Below are positions 9,118-19,097 of a stretch of DNA of 64,000 nt, piece by piece (the stretch's first letter is position 1; each line of letters begins with the position of its first letter). The DNA is from Candidatus Latescibacterota bacterium (lineage in GTDB: Bacteria; JAAXHH01). The stretch is from the NCBI GenBank assembly GCA_022823465.1, contig JAJEHX010000012.1:29659-93658 (forward strand), given 5' to 3'. The translations under genes and the position numbers were made by a program. The notes beneath the pieces are model-generated. The model was not told the DNA's origin. It saw only the letters and a list, made by a program, of their open reading frames with translations, and ran no database searches.

Positions 9118-11127
9118 ATGGCCTACGCCGATATCCTTTTCGACGACTACTACCTGAAGTACGCCTCCTATTTCATCAAGGACCGGGCGATCCCTGAAAT
9201 CGACGACGGGCTCAAGCCCGTCCAGCGGCGCATCCTCCATACCCTGTTCGAGATGGACGACGGGAAGTTTCACAAGGTCGCCAACCTGGTCGGACAGACC
9301 ATGCGGTACCATCCCCACGGGGACCAGTCCATCTTCGGGTCGCTGGTCAATCTGGCCAACAAGGACATGTTCATCGAGAAGCAGGGCAATTTCGGTTCGA
9401 TCCTGACCGGCGACCCCGCCTCCGCGGCCCGGTACATCGAATGTCGGCTGACCCCCCTTGCCAGGGACGTGCTGCACGATCCGGAAATCACCGAATACGT
9501 GGATTCCTACGACGGCCGCAACAGGGAGCCCGTGGCCTTTCCGGCGAAGATCCCCGTCCTCCTCGCCCTGGGCGCCGAAGGCATCGCCTCGAGCATGGCG
9601 ACCCGGATCCTGCCCCACAATCTCATCGAGCTCATGGAGGCCCAGATAGCCTGCCTCCGGGACGAGCCCTTCGAGGTCCTGCCCGACTTTCCCACGGGGG
9701 GCCTGGTGGACGTCTCGGAATATAACGACGGCAACGGTAAGGTAATGGTTCGCGCCCACCTGGACGTCCGGGACCCCAAGCGCATTGTCATCCGCCAGTT
9801 GCCCTTTGGTTCGACGACCGAGAGCCTCATCGCCTCCATCGAGTCGGCGGCGAAGAAGAACAAGCTGAAGATCGCAGGCATATCCGACTTCACGGCGGAC
9901 GAGGTGGAAATCGAGATCCGGCTCGCCCGGGGCGTGCATTCCGACGAAACCGTGGACGCCCTGTACGCCTTCACCGACTGCGAATCTTCCATCTCCACGA
10001 ATATCCTGGTCATCCGGGCGGGGCATCCATGCATCCTGCCCGTGTCCGACGTGCTGGGGCACAATACGCAGCGGCTTCTGGAGATCCTCGAAGCGGAACT
10101 GAAGATCGAACGGAAACAGTTGCACGCGAAACTGCGCGCGAAGACGCTGGAACAGCTCTTCATCAAGGAGCGGATCTACAAGCGCATCGAGGAAATCCGG
10201 GAACAGGAAAAGATCCACGAAGCGGTCCGGGCGGGATTCGAACCCTTTGCGTCCAGGGTGAAAGACCTGGCTTCCGAGGATATCGATACACTGCTCAAGG
10301 TGCCCATCCGCCGGATTTCCCTGTACGACATCAACCGGTCCAACGAGGAGATGAAGGGTATCCGGAACCGCCTGCGCGAGATCAGGGATCACCTGGGTAG
10401 TCTTTCGGCCTACGCGGTCACGCTGCTGGAAGGGCTCATTGACCAGTACCGCGAAGCTTTTCCGCGCCGTACGACCATCACGTCCTTCAAGCGGGTGGAC
10501 GCCCGGGAGGCGGCGCAGCGGAATCTCGCGCTCAGGTACGACCGGAACACGGGTTACCTGGGATACGAACTCGGCAGCGGCGACACCCTTTTCAACGTAT
10601 CCCCCTACGACCGGGTGCTCGTGATCCGCAAGACAGGCGCCTATGCCCTGCACGACGAGATCGAACGGCTTTTCGTGGACAAGGGCATGCTGTACTGCGG
10701 ATTCGTCGATCCCGATCTGGTCTTTACGATGGTCTACCGGGACAAAAACGCCCACCCCTGCGTCAAGCGTTGCAAGCTGGACAAATTCATCCTGAACAGG
10801 GGATATGAACTCGTGCCCGAGGGCTGCCGCATCCTCCACCTGACCACGGACCCCGATGTCATGGCGACCGTCACCTACAAGCCCACGCCCCGCATGCGGG
10901 TACTCGAGGAAGAATTCGACCTCTCCCTTTATCCGGTGCGGGGAAACCGGGCCAAGGGCATCCGGCTGGCCCCCAAGGCGCTTAAGGGCGTGAAGCTGTC
11001 CAGGAAACCCGATCGGCTCGACGGGCCGGAACAGAGGGAAGAACCCGGCCAGACGGACCTCCCGTCGATCCCGAACGGTGCGGATCCGACCGGCCCTTCG
11101 GAGGATCCCGCGAAAGGAACGGACTGA
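9118..11127 (+). CDS. parC: DNA topoisomerase IV subunit A
   Basis: DGLKPVQRR, HPHGD, catalytic AARY, PDFPTGG; short C-terminal domain with no GyrA-box. Confidence 0.9.
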   Translation: MAYADILFDDYYLKYASYFIKDRAIPEIDDGLKPVQRRILHTLFEMDDGKFHKVANLVGQTMRYHPHGDQSIFGSLVNLANKDMFIEKQGNFGSILTGDPASAARYIECRLTPLARDVLHDPEITEYVDSYDGRNREPVAFPAKIPVLLALGAEGIASSMATRILPHNLIELMEAQIACLRDEPFEVLPDFPTGGLVDVSEYNDGNGKVMVRAHLDVRDPKRIVIRQLPFGSTTESLIASIESAAKKNKLKIAGISDFTADEVEIEIRLARGVHSDETVDALYAFTDCESSISTNILVIRAGHPCILPVSDVLGHNTQRLLEILEAELKIERKQLHAKLRAKTLEQLFIKERIYKRIEEIREQEKIHEAVRAGFEPFASRVKDLASEDIDTLLKVPIRRISLYDINRSNEEMKGIRNRLREIRDHLGSLSAYAVTLLEGLIDQYREAFPRRTTITSFKRVDAREAAQRNLALRYDRNTGYLGYELGSGDTLFNVSPYDRVLVIRKTGAYALHDEIERLFVDKGMLYCGFVDPDLVFTMVYRDKNAHPCVKRCKLDKFILNRGYELVPEGCRILHLTTDPDVMATVTYKPTPRMRVLEEEFDLSLYPVRGNRAKGIRLAPKALKGVKLSRKPDRLDGPEQREEPGQTDLPSIPNGADPTGPSEDPAKGTD

Positions 11128-11128
11128 C

Positions 11129-12121
11129 ATGACCCTGGAAATGCGCATCGGCCTCGGCCAGTTCAACGTGCTCACCGATGAGAAACTCGCCTACATCAAG
11201 CAGCTCGGCGCCGATGATTTCCTCATGAACACGCCGCAATTGCCTGGGGACGAGCGCTGGGAGCTGGAAGACCTGGTCGACCTCAAACGGCGGGCGGACA
11301 ACGCCGAACTGCGGCTCATGTGCCTGGAGAACGTGCCGGTTTCCTTCTACGACAAGGCCATGCTGGGGCTGCCGGGCCGCGACGGCCAGATCGAAAACAT
11401 GAAATACACCATTCGGAACATGGGCCGGGCCGGTATCCCCATCCTGGGGTACCACTGGATGCCGAGCGCCGTATGGCGCACGCCGGACCCCGCCGTACTC
11501 CGGGGCGGCGCGACGGCCACGCGGTTCGATTTCGAGGCGCACAGGGACGTGGCGCCCACGCACGGCAGGGTATTCACGGCGGATGAGATGTGGGAGCACT
11601 ACGCATACTACATGTCGCGGATCCTGCCGGTCGCCGAGGAAAACAATGTCAGGCTCGCCCTGCATCCCGACGACCCGCCCGTGCCCATGCTGGGCGGCGT
11701 GGCCCGGCTGTTCTGCAGCTTCGAGGGGTTCAAGCGCGCCATGGATACCTTTGACAGCCCGTACCACGGGCTGGATTTCTGCATGGGCTGCTGGTCGGAG
11801 ATGGGCGGTCATGACTACGTGATAGACGCCGTGCGCCATTTCGGCGGCCGGGGCAAGATCATCTACGTCCATTTCCGCGACGTGCAGGGCAACGTCCCCT
11901 GCTTCAACGAATGCTTCATCAACGAGGGCAACGTCGATCCCTACGAAGTCATGCGGACGCTGAAGGAGGTCGGGTTCACCGGGTTCATGATCACCGACCA
12001 CGTACCCAGTTTCGTGGATGATACCGACTGGAACCACCGCGGCCGCGCCTATGCCATCGGCTACATGACCGCCATGCTGGAGATGGTGAACAAGCTGCAG
12101 TCCGCTCCGGCAGGCGCCTAG
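11129..12121 (+). CDS. uxuA: Mannonate dehydratase (UxuA) family protein
   Basis: LALHPDDPP, VHFRDV, DHVP, GRAYAIGY; ATG lies 1 nt after the parC stop. Confidence 0.8.
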   Translation: MTLEMRIGLGQFNVLTDEKLAYIKQLGADDFLMNTPQLPGDERWELEDLVDLKRRADNAELRLMCLENVPVSFYDKAMLGLPGRDGQIENMKYTIRNMGRAGIPILGYHWMPSAVWRTPDPAVLRGGATATRFDFEAHRDVAPTHGRVFTADEMWEHYAYYMSRILPVAEENNVRLALHPDDPPVPMLGGVARLFCSFEGFKRAMDTFDSPYHGLDFCMGCWSEMGGHDYVIDAVRHFGGRGKIIYVHFRDVQGNVPCFNECFINEGNVDPYEVMRTLKEVGFTGFMITDHVPSFVDDTDWNHRGRAYAIGYMTAMLEMVNKLQSAPAGA

Positions 12122-14796
12122 AGCGAAAACCAGTAGTTGAATTTCAGCAGGAAGATGTTCGAGGGATAGGTGTCGAACAGGTCGTTCAGGTCCTGCCCCG
12201 CAGAAAACGCGCCCGTGCCGCCCGAGCGGCTGCGCTGCTGCTGCCACACGAGGAACAGGGTCGAGCCCGGCGTATATTCCCACCGCAAAACCAGGTTGGA
12301 CCGGAATTGGCGAAAGTTGAAGTCGGGATCGTCGAAGGTGTAATCCGTCTGCCCGTCCAGATCCTCATCCACGCGGTAAGCCCCGTCTGAATCGTCGTAC
12401 GCCAGCTGATCGTCTGAAAACAGTTCGAATCGGTCGCCGTACCGGCCGGCCCGCGGGTCCGTTATACGCTTGAAACGAGCGTACCGGCCGGCTGATATGT
12501 AAGGCCGGCCATAGTACTGGATAGACATGTTGTTGGTGATGCTGTAGTTGAGCCGGATACTGATCCCCAACGTCTTCTGGTCGACGCGGCCCAGCAAGTA
12601 CCGGTCCGCCTGGTCCGCCATGTCCGCGTCGCCGAACGATTCATTGGACACGTACTGCATCTCGTTCCAGTTGGCGTCGAAGAAGGGGTTGATGCGGATA
12701 TTCATGGCGTTACTTGGCCGGTAGCGCATGGACAGGTACACCCAACTCGAGCGCCCCGCGTCGTCGCGTAGGCGGTTGTGTCCCCCTCCAATGCCGAAAC
12801 TGACCTTCTTGCGCCCATCGGTGTCGACATCGACGTTGAATTCCACGTTGCCTGGCGTTTTCAGGGCCGGTCCGCCGCGCAGGGCGGTGGTGGACAGGCC
12901 GGTTATCTCCGACATCATGCTAAACCAAACCCACCAGTAGTTGTTGAACTGCCCGCCCCCGTTGATGTTGCCGCCCAGGAATTTCCGCTCCCGGCCGAAG
13001 TTGAACCCCTGCCACTGGTTTATGAATACATTGTACGCGCGGAAGATCCGATTCGGTTTTTCCGACCGGTAACCGAACCAGCTGTTCTGCATGAATACGT
13101 CGGCCTGGCGCAGGAATCCCACGTCGTTCAGTTCGAGGCCCGGAGAGCGCCAGGTACCGGAGATCCCCATGTTCCACGGGCTGTTGCCCGAACGGCCTAT
13201 GCCGAAGCTCCCGCCATGGCCGCTCAGGGCGGTCAGCGTGGAATCGAGCGCTACATAGGAGGCGTCGGGACGCTGGTAGTACCGCGCGGAGTTGCGCTGC
13301 ACGCGGGTAATCGCTTCCGGTTCGCCCCGGATATGGCTGAACGACAGGCTCGCGTTGAGCCAGTAGGTCCGGTCGCTCCACTGGTGGCGGAAGTCGATCC
13401 CGCCCGTGTAGGCCGCCCGGTTGAGGAAATCGAAGTGGGCCCTGTTGTTGTTACGGTTGGTCGCCGTGAGCATCGTGCCCAGTGACGTGCCCCCGTCGTT
13501 GAAATCCTGCTGCAAGCGCGCGACCAGGTAGTTGGTCAGCGGTTCCACGGACTCCTCGCTCCGCACGCCCTCCGTGTCTATCCGGGCGGCGGCTTCCGAG
13601 GTGACCGCGTCCACGATGCCGATGGACAGGCCGCCCGGTGTCTTGCCGGTGATCTTCGCGGCGGCGAGTATGGGGGTATTCCGGGGCATATCCATGGTCT
13701 GGCCGTCCGAGAGATCCGGATTCCGCTGGGGGGACCGGCCGATACGCCGCGAGTAGAACAACTGGTCGTTCCGGAAAGGGCCGCCGCCGCCGACGCCGAA
13801 CTCGGTGATATTCTTCCCTTCGACGAAAAGGGGCCGGCGTTCCTCGAAAAACAGCTCGAAGGCCGACAGGTTGACCCGCGAAGGGTCCGCCTCAACCTGG
13901 CCGAAGTCCGGGTTCACGGCCAGATCCATGGTCAGGTTGCCGGCGAGGCCGATCTTGCCGTCCAGTCCGATGCGTCCGGCGGCGCTCTGACCGTCGCGAA
14001 AGGGATTTTGCGCTTCGGCCTGGAATCGGTTGAGGTCACCCACCACATAGGGAAGTACCTCGATCCGGTGGGAAGACTCGATCCCTTCCAGTCCGCGCAG
14101 TTCTCCGAAGAGGCTGACCCAGCCCGGCGAATTCCTGTGGATGTGCTGCCAACCTGAACGCTCCTCGCGGCGGTAGAGCCTTCTTTGTACCTGGAGGCCC
14201 CATACCTGTCCCTCCTCGCCGGAGAACCGCAGCTGGCTCAGGGGGATGCGCATCTCGGCAAGCCATCCCTCTTCGTCGATGGTGGACGCGCCGTACCATA
14301 CGGGATCCCAGCTCGCGTCCCAGTCGTTGCCGTCGTTCGATATGGCTTCGTCGCCCCGGCCGCCGGAGGCGGTCAGCGTAAAGGAAAAGGCCGTGCGCTT
14401 GTCGTGATAGCTGTCGAAATGGATTTCCACCCAGTCGTTGTCCCAGTCGTCCCGCCTGGTTACGCGGCTGGTAATCCGGTCCGGTTCGGTATCAAAGGCA
14501 CGGATCAGCACGTAGAGGTTGTGATCATCGAAAATGATCTTGAAAGCCGTCTGCTGAGAGGGTTCCCCGCCATCGTCGGGATCCAGTTGGGTAAAGCCGC
14601 CGGACCATTCGACGTCGTCCCAGGCCGGATCGTCGCCTCTGCCGTCGATGTCCGGGGGCTGCGACACGATGTGCCTTGTGTTGTAAACCCGTTTTTCCGG
14701 CGCCGGCTGGCGCGCCTCCGATTCCACGGGTGCGAGTGCGAGTATGGGTATGATCGAAAGGGCCTTGATCCACCGAATCAGTCTTGCCATATGCAA
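12118..14796 (-). CDS. Outer-membrane protein with N-terminal CBM9/DOMON-like domain and DUF5916 barrel-like region
   Basis: Signal peptide; PDIDGRGDDPAW, WLAEMRIP, VNPDFGQVEAD, FFEERRPLFVEG, NLVLRWEY; aromatic C-terminus. Confidence 0.8.
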   Translation of the reverse strand: MHMARLIRWIKALSIIPILALAPVESEARQPAPEKRVYNTRHIVSQPPDIDGRGDDPAWDDVEWSGGFTQLDPDDGGEPSQQTAFKIIFDDHNLYVLIRAFDTEPDRITSRVTRRDDWDNDWVEIHFDSYHDKRTAFSFTLTASGGRGDEAISNDGNDWDASWDPVWYGASTIDEEGWLAEMRIPLSQLRFSGEEGQVWGLQVQRRLYRREERSGWQHIHRNSPGWVSLFGELRGLEGIESSHRIEVLPYVVGDLNRFQAEAQNPFRDGQSAAGRIGLDGKIGLAGNLTMDLAVNPDFGQVEADPSRVNLSAFELFFEERRPLFVEGKNITEFGVGGGGPFRNDQLFYSRRIGRSPQRNPDLSDGQTMDMPRNTPILAAAKITGKTPGGLSIGIVDAVTSEAAARIDTEGVRSEESVEPLTNYLVARLQQDFNDGGTSLGTMLTATNRNNNRAHFDFLNRAAYTGGIDFRHQWSDRTYWLNASLSFSHIRGEPEAITRVQRNSARYYQRPDASYVALDSTLTALSGHGGSFGIGRSGNSPWNMGISGTWRSPGLELNDVGFLRQADVFMQNSWFGYRSEKPNRIFRAYNVFINQWQGFNFGRERKFLGGNINGGGQFNNYWWVWFSMMSEITGLSTTALRGGPALKTPGNVEFNVDVDTDGRKKVSFGIGGGHNRLRDDAGRSSWVYLSMRYRPSNAMNIRINPFFDANWNEMQYVSNESFGDADMADQADRYLLGRVDQKTLGISIRLNYSITNNMSIQYYGRPYISAGRYARFKRITDPRAGRYGDRFELFSDDQLAYDDSDGAYRVDEDLDGQTDYTFDDPDFNFRQFRSNLVLRWEYTPGSTLFLVWQQQRSRSGGTGAFSAGQDLNDLFDTYPSNIFLLKFNYWFSL

Positions 14797-15000
14797 CGTG
14801 TTGCCTCCTGCAGTCTTCCCGCTGATTGTGAACTTCCCGAACCGTGTTGCTTCTATGACTTGAGGCCCGTGCGAATGGTTGCGTTTTTTTCCGTGTCGAA
14901 CTTCCGCCAGGGCGCTTCCGACTCAGGCGTTATTTCATACATCCTCGTGGAAGTCCTTATTCACAAAACCTGTCCGCTTATTCCCCGGGATGGATGCACC

Positions 15001-15063
15001 GGTCCGCCTGGACCACCTGGTCCGCCCGGCACGCTTGACCCACCTGGTCCGCCCGGCACGCCC
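15001..15063. repeat. Intergenic 9-bp tandem repeat (GGTCCGCCY-like x7) with a 27-bp higher-order unit
   Basis: GGTCCGCCT GGACCACCT GGTCCGCCC GGCACGCTT GACCCACCT GGTCCGCCC GGCACGCCC. Confidence 0.85.
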
Positions 15064-15249
15064 GGTTCCGCAGCAACCGCCCGGGCCGCCCACGGCAACC
15101 GCCCATTATAGTCCGCGCGCGCCGCCGAATATACTTTTGCCATAACGGAAACACGGCTGCATATTACCGATGTAACGCAGGACCTGCGAACCGCGCATCG
15201 GCGGAAGAGGCCGCCCGCGCCCGCACCCCGCTTTACGCGGAGAGTCCAC

Positions 15250-16818
15250 ATGCCCGGTGGTCGACCGAACGTACTCTTCATCATGACCGACCAGATGCGT
15301 GCGGACTGCATGTCCTGCGCCGGCCATCCCGTGGTCAGGACGCCCCACCTGGATGAGCTTGCCGGCGATGGCGTCCTGTTCCGGCGGGCCTACGTGCAGT
15401 CGGCGGTCTGCGGTCCGAGCCGCATGTGCTTCTACACGGGACGGTACCCCCACGCCAACCGCTCGCCCTGGAACGAGGTCCCCCTGCCCGCGGACGAGAA
15501 GACGATAGGGCATTACTTCGGTGACGCGGGCTACAGGGCGGCCTTGTGCGGAAAGACGCACTACACCCCGGATCCGCTCGACGATCCGCTGGCCCAGCCC
15601 GCCGAAGGCATCCGGCGCGCGACGCTGGCCGGTCTGGAGACCTGGGAATTGAACGACGGCCGGGGCGAAGGGTGGCTGGCGCATCTGAGAAGCGCCGGAT
15701 ATCCCGACGAAGTCGTACGCGACCCGTTCTCCGTGGACGCGCCCCCGGACGCCGACCGGGATCACGCCGCCTATCCGACGCGCTTCAGGAGAGAGGACAG
15801 CGATACCGCGTTCATGACGGACCGCGCCATGGCCTTCATGGCGGATGCCGCTGGACCGCCTGGACCGCCTGGGTCGCCTGGGTCGCCCTGGTTTCTCCAC
15901 CTCTCCTATTTCAAGCCCCATCTGCCCATCGTGGCGCCCTATCCGTACAACGCGCTGTACGATCCCGCCGATTCCCCCGCGCCGAACCGGTCTCCGGAGG
16001 AACTGGCGCGGCCCCATCCCTTTCACGTCCCCTTCCGCATAGAACGCAAGGGCGTGGAGTATGACGACGAGGCAGTGTGGCGCCAGCGAAGGGCCACGTA
16101 CTATGGCTTGATCACGGAGATCGACGATCACCTGGGCAGGCTGTTCCGCTTCATGAAGGACCGCGGGCTCTGGGAGGACACGCTGATCATCTTCACGTCG
16201 GATCACGGCGAATACGTGGGCGACCACTGGATGTTCGAAAAGGAACTCTTCTACGACGAGGCGTACAACGTCCCCTTCATCGTCCGCGATCCCCGGTCCT
16301 GCGCCGACGGAACGCGCGGCGCGGTGATGGACGATTTCGTCGAATCCCTCGATGTCCTTCCGACCTGCATGGACGTGTGCGGGCTAGGCGGACCAGGCGG
16401 ACCGGGCGGACCGGGCGGACCGGACGCGCCGGCGGTTCTGCAGGGCCGGTCTCTCGCTCCCCTCCTGCGGGGGGAACGGCCGGACGACTGGCGCACGGAG
16501 GTACACGCGGACTGGGATTTCCGGTTTTACTGGACGCCGAAGAAACTCGGTATCCCGCCGGAGAGGTGCCGGGGCTGGATGGTACGGGACGACCGGTTCA
16601 AGTACTGGCATTTCAACGGCATGCCGGACGTGCTGTTCGACCTGGAAGCGGATCCTGGAGAGCTTCGCAACGTAGCCGGCGATCCACGCTACGCGGGGGC
16701 GGTCCGGGATCTTCGCGTGAGGCTCATGGACTGGCGGATGTCGAACGAGGACGTGAGCCGGGTCGCGTGGACCTATGGGCGCCGTCCCGGATTCGGGCGC
16801 AATCCCTTCGTGGCGTGA
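15250..16818 (+). CDS. Sulfatase / phosphonate monoester hydrolase-like enzyme (Cys-type formylglycine motif)
   Basis: NVLFIMTDQ, CGPSR, GKTH, KPH, SDHG, LFDLEADPGE; no signal peptide. Confidence 0.9.
   Translation: MPGGRPNVLFIMTDQMRADCMSCAGHPVVRTPHLDELAGDGVLFRRAYVQSAVCGPSRMCFYTGRYPHANRSPWNEVPLPADEKTIGHYFGDAGYRAALCGKTHYTPDPLDDPLAQPAEGIRRATLAGLETWELNDGRGEGWLAHLRSAGYPDEVVRDPFSVDAPPDADRDHAAYPTRFRREDSDTAFMTDRAMAFMADAAGPPGPPGSPGSPWFLHLSYFKPHLPIVAPYPYNALYDPADSPAPNRSPEELARPHPFHVPFRIERKGVEYDDEAVWRQRRATYYGLITEIDDHLGRLFRFMKDRGLWEDTLIIFTSDHGEYVGDHWMFEKELFYDEAYNVPFIVRDPRSCADGTRGAVMDDFVESLDVLPTCMDVCGLGGPGGPGGPGGPDAPAVLQGRSLAPLLRGERPDDWRTEVHADWDFRFYWTPKKLGIPPERCRGWMVRDDRFKYWHFNGMPDVLFDLEADPGELRNVAGDPRYAGAVRDLRVRLMDWRMSNEDVSRVAWTYGRRPGFGRNPFVA
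15853..15888. repeat. In-frame 9-bp repeat x4 (GPPGPPGSPGSP)
   Basis: GGACCGCCT GGACCGCCT GGGTCGCCT GGGTCGCCC. Confidence 0.85.
16387..16422. repeat. In-frame 9-bp repeat x4 (GGPGGPGGPGGP)
   Basis: GGCGGACCA GGCGGACCG GGCGGACCG GGCGGACCG. Confidence 0.85.
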
Positions 16819-16861
16819 CTCATCGCGTATCTCTTTCGCAGCACGTGGTACCGGAGACGAA

Positions 16862-17710
16862 ATGAGCCGGTTCTTTTTCCTCGCCAGGCGATTTGTCGCC
16901 GGGGAATCCCTCGAAGCCGCGGTCGAAGTCGTCCGGACGTTGAACGGCGCGGGGCTCGACGTCACGTTGAACATGCTCGGCGAAGGAACCCGGGAGCGGG
17001 AAAAGGCGGAAGACGCCGTAAGGCAGTATCTCGTCATGCTGGACCTGATCCGGGACGGCGCGCTAAAGGCCAATATCTCCGTCAAACTCACCCACCTGGG
17101 GCTGGATATAGACGAAGATTACTGCGTGAGCAACCTGTACCGGATTCTGGAAGCCGCGAAGGAGAAGGACGTCTTCATCCGGCTGGATATGGAAGGGTCG
17201 CCCCATACGCAGCAGACCTTAGACATCTTTTACGACCTGTACGACAGTTACAAGAACACCGGCGTGGTGATCCAGGCCATGTTGCTGCGCAGTCCCCACG
17301 ACATCTTCGTGCTCAACAAGATCGGCGCCCGCGTGCGGCTGTGCAAGGGATCCTACCGCGAACCCTCCGATCTGGCCCTGCAGCGGATGCCCAACATACG
17401 CGGCGCGTTTCTTTCGATGGCGGAACAGCTCCTGCAGGACGGCCACTTTCCCGCTTTCGCGACGCACGACGACTACCTGATCGAGGGCGTCGCCAGGTAC
17501 GCCGAGCGTCTGGAGGTTCCGAAGGACGGCTTCGAGTTCCAGATGCTGTACGGACTGCGGCCCGGTTACCAGCGGGAAATGCGCAGACAGGGCTACCGCA
17601 TGCGGATCTACGTGCCCTTCGGTACGGAGTGGATGCCCTATTTCTACCGGCGGCTCCGGGAACGCAGGGAAAACGTATGGTTCGTCCTGCGGAACCTGGT
17701 CAGGCGCTGA
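16862..17710 (+). CDS. Monofunctional proline dehydrogenase
   Basis: RRFVAGE, SVKLT, RLDME, RLCKG, ATHD, EFQMLYG, YVPFG, YFYRRLRER; GGAG RBS before ATG 16862. Confidence 0.92.
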   Translation: MSRFFFLARRFVAGESLEAAVEVVRTLNGAGLDVTLNMLGEGTREREKAEDAVRQYLVMLDLIRDGALKANISVKLTHLGLDIDEDYCVSNLYRILEAAKEKDVFIRLDMEGSPHTQQTLDIFYDLYDSYKNTGVVIQAMLLRSPHDIFVLNKIGARVRLCKGSYREPSDLALQRMPNIRGAFLSMAEQLLQDGHFPAFATHDDYLIEGVARYAERLEVPKDGFEFQMLYGLRPGYQREMRRQGYRMRIYVPFGTEWMPYFYRRLRERRENVWFVLRNLVRR

Positions 17711-17733
17711 GACCGGCTCCCGACCGGTTGACC

Positions 17734-17762
17734 GGGCCGTATGCTCCGGCTCTTTCCTTTTT
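17734..17762 (+). terminator. Possible intrinsic terminator
   Basis: GGGCCG..CGGCTC stem followed by TTTCCTTTTT. Confidence 0.4.
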
Positions 17763-17879
17763 GCGGTAACATATCCCTCCCATACGGGGTCTAAAGTAGC
17801 AGGCGCGATGACCTCACAACCTTCGTTCGACGGGGTCCATCGCAAAGAAACTTCGGTCACCTGGATGGGGAGGTGCGTC

Positions 17880-18749
17880 ATGTTTACGCTCGCGTACAGA
17901 GTCCTTGCCGCTGTCACCGTACTCACCTTGCTGCCTGGCGATCTGACGGGTTCTCCCGGGGACGCCTTCGCCAAGGTCAGGCATTACGCTAAAACAGTCG
18001 CCTTCGAACCGGGCGGCCACCTGGACATAAAAACCGGCAGGGGCAGCCTTGAACTGTCGTCATGGGACCGTAACGAGGTGGAGATCGTCGCCCGTATCGA
18101 GTCGCCCTTCGATATCAACCCCGAATACGCAAGTGAGATCGTAACGGCGCTGCGAATCGAAGTGGAGGGATCCGGCCGATCGTTGCGGATACGGTCCGAC
18201 TACGACGAAATCCCCGCCTACAAACGCTGGTTCATCAGTATCCGGCACCTCCCCTACGTCCACTACGAAATCCGAACGCCGCGCCGTATCCATCTGGCGC
18301 TGGACGTCCGCCATACAGATACGAGGATCGAGGACGTGGAAGGCGCGATTCGTGTCCATGCGCATTACAGCGAGGTAACGGGCACGGACTGGACGGGTCC
18401 GGTGCGCCTCGACATGGATCATGGCATGCTTCGGCTGTCGGAACTGGAAGGCACCGTCGAACTGGACGCGAAACACGCGGACGTACGCATGGAAGCAACG
18501 CGACTCAGCGGCGATACGCGGATACGCGCGCACCGTGGCCTGACGGAACTGTACCTGCCCCGCTATCAGGGACTCGACCTCTACTCCGATGTCAGCCACC
18601 AGAGCGAACTGGATTCCGAATTCGAGATATCGACCCGGGTTTTCAGGCATGAAGAAGGCATCATAGCCGGCACGATCAACGGGGGCGGCTCATTGCTCGA
18701 ACTCCGCGGCGACCACACCAGATTCCAATTGAGAAAGCGCGATCCCTAA
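17880..18749 (+). CDS. Exported DUF4097 / adhesin-like beta-strand repeat protein
   Basis: Signal-like N-terminus after a GGAGG RBS; repeated G-x-I/V-x-V strands; C-terminal GTINGGG. Confidence 0.75.
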   Translation: MFTLAYRVLAAVTVLTLLPGDLTGSPGDAFAKVRHYAKTVAFEPGGHLDIKTGRGSLELSSWDRNEVEIVARIESPFDINPEYASEIVTALRIEVEGSGRSLRIRSDYDEIPAYKRWFISIRHLPYVHYEIRTPRRIHLALDVRHTDTRIEDVEGAIRVHAHYSEVTGTDWTGPVRLDMDHGMLRLSELEGTVELDAKHADVRMEATRLSGDTRIRAHRGLTELYLPRYQGLDLYSDVSHQSELDSEFEISTRVFRHEEGIIAGTINGGGSLLELRGDHTRFQLRKRDP

Positions 18750-18865
18750 TCCGGTTGCGACGTACGCGCCGCTTACCCGACTCGCCTTGAAAATCATCCG
18801 CTGATATCCACGCCGGATCACACCACTCTTCCTTCACAACCCGCCCGTCCGCCGTTCCGGTACAA

Positions 18866-18900
18866 GGTCCGGGCGGTCCGGGCGGTCTGGGCGGTCTGGA
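18866..18900. repeat. Intergenic 9-bp repeat x4
   Basis: GGTCCGGGC GGTCCGGGC GGTCTGGGC GGTCTGGA. Confidence 0.85.
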
Positions 18901-18996
18901 TACGTCATGTCCGCGGTGCAGCGGTGTATATGTCCGCTGCGCTGCGGGGTATTGCGACCTATTGCGGCCCTGGCGGCGCGATCCGCGGTATAATCA

Positions 18997-19026
18997 TTGA
19001 CAATGCCGCCGGTGTTACATCATAAT
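18997..19026 (+). promoter_or_regulatory. Sigma70-type promoter upstream of the zinc-ribbon/tsaD unit
   Basis: TTGACA-18 bp-CATAAT. Confidence 0.5.
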
Positions 19027-19097
19027 CTGAAAACCAAAACGCGGTACATGGCCTTCGTTTCATCGAGTCAACCCCTGGGACGGGAGAAGCATTCGCT

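Noticed and set aside
14185-15111. Collagen-like protein (GPPGPPGPPG) ORF
   Set aside because: The ORF is mostly antisense to the DUF5916 gene; the Gly-Pro tract is just the translated 9-bp DNA repeat.
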